This document shows, one piece after another, positions 59,059-64,000 of a stretch of DNA of 64,000 nucleotides. Every line of letters starts with the position of its first letter. Within the stretch, counting starts at the first letter, position 1. The notes beneath the pieces were generated by a model. That model had not been told where the DNA came from. It saw only the letters and a list, made by a program, of their open reading frames with translations, and made no database searches. The position numbers were made by a program, and so were the translations under genes. Origin of the DNA: a virus (lineage: Duplodnaviria > Caudoviricetes); the IMG/VR virus record IMGVR_UViG_3300029305_003514, positions 98,355 to 162,354 of that record, one strand, 5' to 3'.

Positions 59059-59559
59059 TTGAAAGTACTTTCATTTGACCAGAGTACAAAAGTGTCAGCG
59101 TATTCTTGGTGGATTGATGGCGAATATATTGAAAGTGGATGTATTGATTTACATAAAAATACTAATACACCAGAGCGTGTTAGAATTATGGGTGTTAAGC
59201 TGTGCAATGTAATTGCCAAATATGAGCCGAACAAAGTCGTAATAGAAGAAGTCGCTCAGCAAAGCAATCCTCAAACATTGAAACTTTTAGCAAGAATACA
59301 AGGTGTAATTATTGGATTTTGTGCCGCTCGTAATATTGAAACATATATTATTGAGCCGACTAAATGGCGCTCTGCGCTATCATTCAAGTTAGGGCCTAAG
59401 GTGAAAAGAGAAGAGCTTAAAGAACAGGCAATTAAGTATGTTAAAAAAACATATGGACTCGAATTAGACGAAGATGAATGCGAAGCAATTTGCATAGGCA
59501 ATGCTGCGCATAAGATTTATCGGTTTGTAAATGATGCCGATGGCATAGATATAGAATAA
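59059..59559 (+). CDS. RuvC-like Holliday junction resolvase
   Basis: LSFDQST, VVIEE, LARIQG, PTKWR, DECEAICIG. Confidence 0.8.
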   Translation: MKVLSFDQSTKVSAYSWWIDGEYIESGCIDLHKNTNTPERVRIMGVKLCNVIAKYEPNKVVIEEVAQQSNPQTLKLLARIQGVIIGFCAARNIETYIIEPTKWRSALSFKLGPKVKREELKEQAIKYVKKTYGLELDEDECEAICIGNAAHKIYRFVNDADGIDIE

Positions 59560-59580
59560 CAAAAAAATGGAGGAGTTATT

Positions 59581-60108
59581 ATGAAAATTAATGAATTTGT
59601 ACAGAAAGCAACTACAAAGGGTTATATGCCCATCGCTGTTAATGAACAGAATGATAAATTAAAGAAGGATTTAAATATTAAATCTTATCTCGGCATTAAA
59701 GAAAAGAAAAAACTTATTGATGCAATTGTGGATGACACTATAATTTATGAAAATGGTCTAATGAAATTCAATGGCATAGATCAGTATGTGGTGTACATAA
59801 TGAAGTGTATTGAAGCATACACAGATCTTGAACTTGGCGAAGATATTGAAGAGGATTATGATGAGCTATGTAAATCTGGTCTTTTAGATAAAATACTTCG
59901 TACATTTGAAGAGGAATTCAATACTGTATTATCTTTACTTAAAATGCAGTGTGATTATATCCTAATGGATAATAGTGTAACTGCTAATATTAATGTATTA
60001 CTAACTGCCGCTACTTCTGCTATTAATAAGTTTGGCAATTCTGCAAGCGACATATTTAAAAATGTAAGGCCAGAAGATGTTGCGGCAATTATATCTAAAT
60101 TAAAATAA
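59581..60108 (+). CDS. Hypothetical protein (possible tail assembly chaperone)
   Basis: YTDL...YDEL..SGL; lies upstream of the tape-measure-like gene. Confidence 0.55.
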   Translation: MKINEFVQKATTKGYMPIAVNEQNDKLKKDLNIKSYLGIKEKKKLIDAIVDDTIIYENGLMKFNGIDQYVVYIMKCIEAYTDLELGEDIEEDYDELCKSGLLDKILRTFEEEFNTVLSLLKMQCDYILMDNSVTANINVLLTAATSAINKFGNSASDIFKNVRPEDVAAIISKLK

Positions 60109-60120
60109 TGAGGTGAGCTC

Positions 60121-60627
60121 ATGGCAAAGAGATTTAGTGATTTTAATAAAGTATATGCTGCCGTACTAGAAAATGCCAAACGAGCTGCTGTTCAGGCAGC
60201 AAAAGAAACTGCTAAACAAATTTCAAGAGATATGCATAAAGAAGCGCTTAAAGCATTGAAATATTATTATGCCGATTATGATCCAGATTATTATGATAGA
60301 ACATATAATTTGCGTGATAATTCTTTGACTAAAATATATAAAGATAATTCAAATGATACCGTTGTTGATATTGTAATAGGTGAGAGATTTGATGAAGGAA
60401 CTATGGATCTATATGAACATGGTAAAAACAAAAAATTTACCAACGATCCAAAATATGCAGTTGCTGCATTTTTAGAAGGTGTTCATCCTAATACTGGTTA
60501 TACTCAGTCAACAGAAAGAATTGCAGAAATTATGATGAATAAATTTATTGATGAAAAAGTAGAGAAGCTTAAGGATAAATACTTTACTTCTGCTATTTTA
60601 CAAGAGTTTAAAAAGCGAATTAAATAA
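60121..60627 (+). CDS. Hypothetical tail-module protein
   Basis: YYADYDPDYYDRTYNL motif; GAGGTG RBS. Confidence 0.55.
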   Translation: MAKRFSDFNKVYAAVLENAKRAAVQAAKETAKQISRDMHKEALKALKYYYADYDPDYYDRTYNLRDNSLTKIYKDNSNDTVVDIVIGERFDEGTMDLYEHGKNKKFTNDPKYAVAAFLEGVHPNTGYTQSTERIAEIMMNKFIDEKVEKLKDKYFTSAILQEFKKRIK

Positions 60628-60641
60628 GGAGGTGGACTGCA

Positions 60642-63600
60642 TTGAAAACATTTGATTTTAAAATAACAGCAGATACTTCAGAAATTACAAAGCAATTTGA
60701 AAATGGCGCAAAAGCGGTTAGAGAACTTGCGTTACAGGCTGAAAAAGCAGAGGACAAACTAGAAGTTCTGCAAGAAACTAGTAATTATATAAAACAAATG
60801 GACGCTGCTTTAGCTAAGGTTAAAAAGAAATATCCAAATTTATTCCAAGAAATATTTGGAAATGTTAATAAGCAAATTAATGAGTCTTTAGCTCCATTAA
60901 AGAAGATGCCAGAAGAAATGACAAAAATATTCGGCAAGACTAAGGTAAAGTTAGATACGTTAATAGCAAATCCTACTGCAGCCACAGTTAGCGACATTCA
61001 AGAGATTGGTAATGCATTTAAACTTTTAGCTAAAACAATGGGAGATACCTCTCTTGATTTTAAGTTTTTAGATGGCGCAAGTAAAAACGAAACTAAGATA
61101 AAGAAACTTACTGCCGCAATGAAGGAACTTGAGCAGTCTTATTTTAATGTGGGGGCTGCTGCAAATACAGTTGGTGGTGAAATTAAAGCGCCAAAAGTAA
61201 AAACTTCAAAACAACAAAAGGGCCCAAATATTCCAAAAGTTGATAATCTTATAAAATCTTATTTGCAGCTTGAAAATACTATTATTAGGGCAAAACAGGC
61301 AATGGATTCAGATAATGATAAGGCATTTGACAAAGAATTTGATTTATTAGAAAAATCATTTAATTTCGATAATGATATGGCGGCAGAAATAACAGGTATA
61401 TTATTGGATACAGAAGATTCAATTGAAACAATCGTAGAAAGAATTAAAAAGAAATTAAATGTTGAATTACCATTTGTTTTTTCTATCGATGATATTGAAA
61501 ATGCAATTCAAAGATTTATTGATATACAAAATAAGCTTGATACTGCTAAGACAAATGAAGAATTTAATCAATTATTAAATGCATCTGATAGAATTGAGAA
61601 TGGTTTTAATAAAATATCTGATGCGTCTGAAGAAATTTTTGCAAAATTAGGAGAAGGCGACTTAACTAAAGATAATGCTATTAATCAACTTGCTAATATA
61701 TTAGGAGTTCAGGTTCCCCAGGCCGCTATGTCTGGTGCTCAGCAAGTAGAAAATGCATATAAAAATGTTGAGAATTCTGTTAAAAAAACATCTGAAGTTA
61801 TTAAAGAAGTTATTGCAGACACTAATGATGTAGAAAAATTAATGCTTCTAAATACCAAAAATGAAACTGCTTCTAATTATATTGGAGGTAACCATACTGG
61901 TGTTTCTCCAAGTAAATTAATAGAAAATTATGATGGTGGTAAGGGATTCGATGCTACATTACATACGCATCCAAACAATGTAGCGACTCCGTCATCTTGG
62001 GATCCAATTAGTAAAACTTCTGATTTTAATGTATGGATACAAAATTTTGAACAATTTAAAAAACATTTTATTTTAGCTGGTGAACAATTAGCCGAAGTTG
62101 ATTTTTCATCTTTAACTCGAGAACAGCTAGAAAATTTACATAAAATTTATCAAGCAAAAGCTAATGAGATTGTTGAACCAAATGATATAAAAATTAATGA
62201 TGCTATATCATTAACATATGATATGATTCCAAACATTATCAATCAAATGAAGTCAAATTTGGAATCGACATTATTACAAAATCAAAATGGTAATGATCCT
62301 GCAATAAAAGATGTTGTACAATCATATACACAGCGGATTATCAAATTTTTCCAAGATGTAGATGTTGGAAACTTATCATATGCAGAAATTGAAGAGCGAT
62401 TTGATCAAGTTGCAACTGATATTCTTAAACAGTATCCTGAGGATATGCGTAAGAAAATAAAATCTACATTGTCAAATAGCGCATTTGAAGCATTTGGAAA
62501 TGTAACAGGTATCGAACAGTCAATATCCGATCAGTATCAACAGCTTTTACAAAACGCTTTTATTAATTCGATAAAAGATGCTGATTTAGATTCATCTAAG
62601 GTATTTAAATTATATGATGCTAAAAGTTTTGATTTTGACACATTTACTGGTAAACAACTTGAAATTCAAGATTCGTCCGCAGCTTTAGAAAGTGCTACTA
62701 GCGATGCTAACGAGCTTCGTACTGCGTTAGAAGGAGCAGGTCAGGAGACACGCGATCTTAAAGCTGAGGCAGAAGCTGCCAAGAAAGCATTTAGTGCATT
62801 GACTGCTGAAATTCAATCTGCCGCTATAAGTGGTTCTATGACAGATATAGATATCGGTAAAAACACCGAAGGTTTAGAATCTGCATATAATCATCTCAAG
62901 AAACTTGCTGAGCAAGGCACAATTACTGCCGAAGAAATGGAACAAGTAGAAGCGGCGTATAAAGAAGCAAACCAAAATCTTAAAACAGCTTACGATTCAA
63001 ATGAGCGCGGTGGATCCATAAAGTATATCGAATATCAAAATAGAATTGATGAAGAATTAAGTTTGGCTAGAAAAGAAGTTGAATCATTAGAAGATCAACT
63101 TGATGATTTAAATAGCAGTTTAAGCATAAAAGCAGTAGACACCAAGGAAGCCTTTAGTGCATTGACTACTGAGATTGGCGAGAATTGGTATCAGATGTCT
63201 GATGTTGATATTGGACGAAGTGAAAAGGGGCTTGAGGATGCTCGCAATCAATTAAAAGAGCTTGCAGAGCAAGGATTTATTACCGCTGAAGCAATGGATA
63301 AATTTGAATCCGAATATAGCGAAGCTATGCATCAGCTTGATATGAGAAAGACTTCTAATAAATATGATAGAGAAGCTGCTCAAGATGCTTTAAAATATGG
63401 CGGTTATGAAGACGGATATCAAGATGGTTATAATAATGCCAGAAATGATTATCATGAAGAACTAGATGAATATCAAAATACTATTAAGAAACTCCGAGAA
63501 GAACTTAATGAAGCATCACAAAAAGCTTCTTCTACTGGTGGTCAAATCAGTACTTCTTTTGATGAAGAATCTGATTCTGTTAAAACCAATGTTCAAGAAG

Positions 63601-64000
63601 AAATAAATCAACTTGAAAGATTAGAGAAAAAAATCTTTGAAGTCAAGCATGCAGTAGAACAAAAGATTCAAGCCTTTGTAAATGAGCGCAAAGCTGTTGA
63701 TTCAAATGTTATTAAAGAAATTGCAGCACTTGATAACCTTATTAAAAAGTTAAAAGAAGTTAAAGATGCTGTTGATGGCAAAACCGATGCATTTAAGCAA
63801 GAAGAAGGGGTAGTAAAAGATTCGGTAAAAAAAGCCACTAGAAAGAAAAAAGAGTCTGATTCTAAGAAACAAGAAACGACTGATGAACCTAAAAAACAAG
63901 AATCTACCGATAACTCTAGTAAAGAGATCACTGAGGCAGAAAAACAAGCTGCTGCAGAAAAAAAAGAAAATGAAGAAAAAGAAAAACAAAATGCTATAAA
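60642..64000 (+). CDS. 5' part (>1100 aa) of a tape-measure-like protein containing a JAB/MPN domain; runs off the window
   Basis: AAGGAGGTG RBS + TTG 60642; frame open at every point checked and absent from the track, consistent with no stop in the window; helical E/K/A-rich; HTHPNNVATPSSWD at 61962-62003. Confidence 0.75.
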   Translation, partial: MKTFDFKITADTSEITKQFENGAKAVRELALQAEKAEDKLEVLQETSNYIKQMDAALAKVKKKYPNLFQEIFGNVNKQINESLAPLKKMPEEMTKIFGKTKVKLDTLIANPTAATVSDIQEIGNAFKLLAKTMGDTSLDFKFLDGASKNETKIKKLTAAMKELEQSYFNVGAAANTVGGEIKAPKVKTSKQQKGPNIPKVDNLIKSYLQLENTIIRAKQAMDSDNDKAFDKEFDLLEKSFNFDNDMAAEITGILLDTEDSIETIVERIKKKLNVELPFVFSIDDIENAIQRFIDIQNKLDTAKTNEEFNQLLNASDRIENGFNKISDASEEIFAKLGEGDLTKDNAINQLANILGVQVPQAAMSGAQQVENAYKNVENSVKKTSEVIKEVIADTNDVEKLMLLNTKNETASNYIGGNHTGVSPSKLIENYDGGKGFDATLHTHPNNVATPSSWDPISKTSDFNVWIQNFEQFKKHFILAGEQLAEVDFSSLTREQLENLHKIYQAKANEIVEPNDIKINDAISLTYDMIPNIINQMKSNLESTLLQNQNGNDPAIKDVVQSYTQRIIKFFQDVDVGNLSYAEIEERFDQVATDILKQYPEDMRKKIKSTLSNSAFEAFGNVTGIEQSISDQYQQLLQNAFINSIKDADLDSSKVFKLYDAKSFDFDTFTGKQLEIQDSSAALESATSDANELRTALEGAGQETRDLKAEAEAAKKAFSALTAEIQSAAISGSMTDIDIGKNTEGLESAYNHLKKLAEQGTITAEEMEQVEAAYKEANQNLKTAYDSNERGGSIKYIEYQNRIDEELSLARKEVESLEDQLDDLNSSLSIKAVDTKEAFSALTTEIGENWYQMSDVDIGRSEKGLEDARNQLKELAEQGFITAEAMDKFESEYSEAMHQLDMRKTSNKYDREAAQDALKYGGYEDGYQDGYNNARNDYHEELDEYQNTIKKLREELNEASQKASSTGGQISTSFDEESDSVKTNVQEEINQLERLEKKIFEVKHAVEQKIQAFVNERKAVDSNVIKEIAALDNLIKKLKEVKDAVDGKTDAFKQEEGVVKDSVKKATRKKKESDSKKQETTDEPKKQESTDNSSKEITEAEKQAAAEKKENEEKEKQNAI

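Noticed and set aside
237-63989. All minus-strand ORFs in the track and short alternate-frame plus-strand ORFs (e.g. 3809..4105, 26759..27160, 40258..40644, 63668..63931)
   Set aside because: They lie inside long, motif-bearing plus-strand genes, lack convincing RBSs and look like shadows of biased codon usage
1-64000. Stop-codon reassignment (TAG/TGA recoding seen in some gut phages)
   Set aside because: Genes are full length and densely packed under the standard code; TAG and TGA end genes at sensible boundaries (e.g. terL at 13697)
1-64000. tRNA or rRNA genes, integrase, IS elements
   Set aside because: No cloverleaf/T-loop signatures in the short intergenic gaps and no recombinase or transposase motifs recognised by eye

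Overview
This 64 kb window is part of a large, AT-rich tailed phage (or prophage) of a Firmicutes/Clostridia-like host, with an SPbeta-like layout. Essentially all credible genes are on the + strand. Order: small Cys-rich early-type ORFs (1-3.4 kb); a YonO-like single-polypeptide RNA polymerase with an overlapping partner gene; ClpP, PhoH, HU and a metallophosphoesterase; terminase, portal, protease/scaffold and capsid genes; head-tail and tail-tube genes; a ~29 kb cluster of fibre/adhesin-like genes; lysis genes; a RuvC-like resolvase; and the 5' part of a tape-measure-like gene that runs off the window. Features the ORF track misses: (1) two group I introns with GIY-YIG homing endonucleases, one splitting the major capsid gene (18099-19332) and one splitting a ~2400-aa CotH-kinase-like protein (28968-30071), both inserted after TTGGCAT; (2) an 18-nt motif TTNACAAYACAAAATTAA in four non-coding positions, two of them inside the introns, a candidate phage promoter or operator; (3) a tandem pair of divergent FolC-like ligases in the fibre cluster; (4) a complete JAB/MPN+ metalloprotease motif in the tape-measure-like protein. 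Kinase, ligases and JAB domain together hint at a virion protein-modification toolkit, but that link is inference. All family assignments come from reading motifs by eye; no database search was run.
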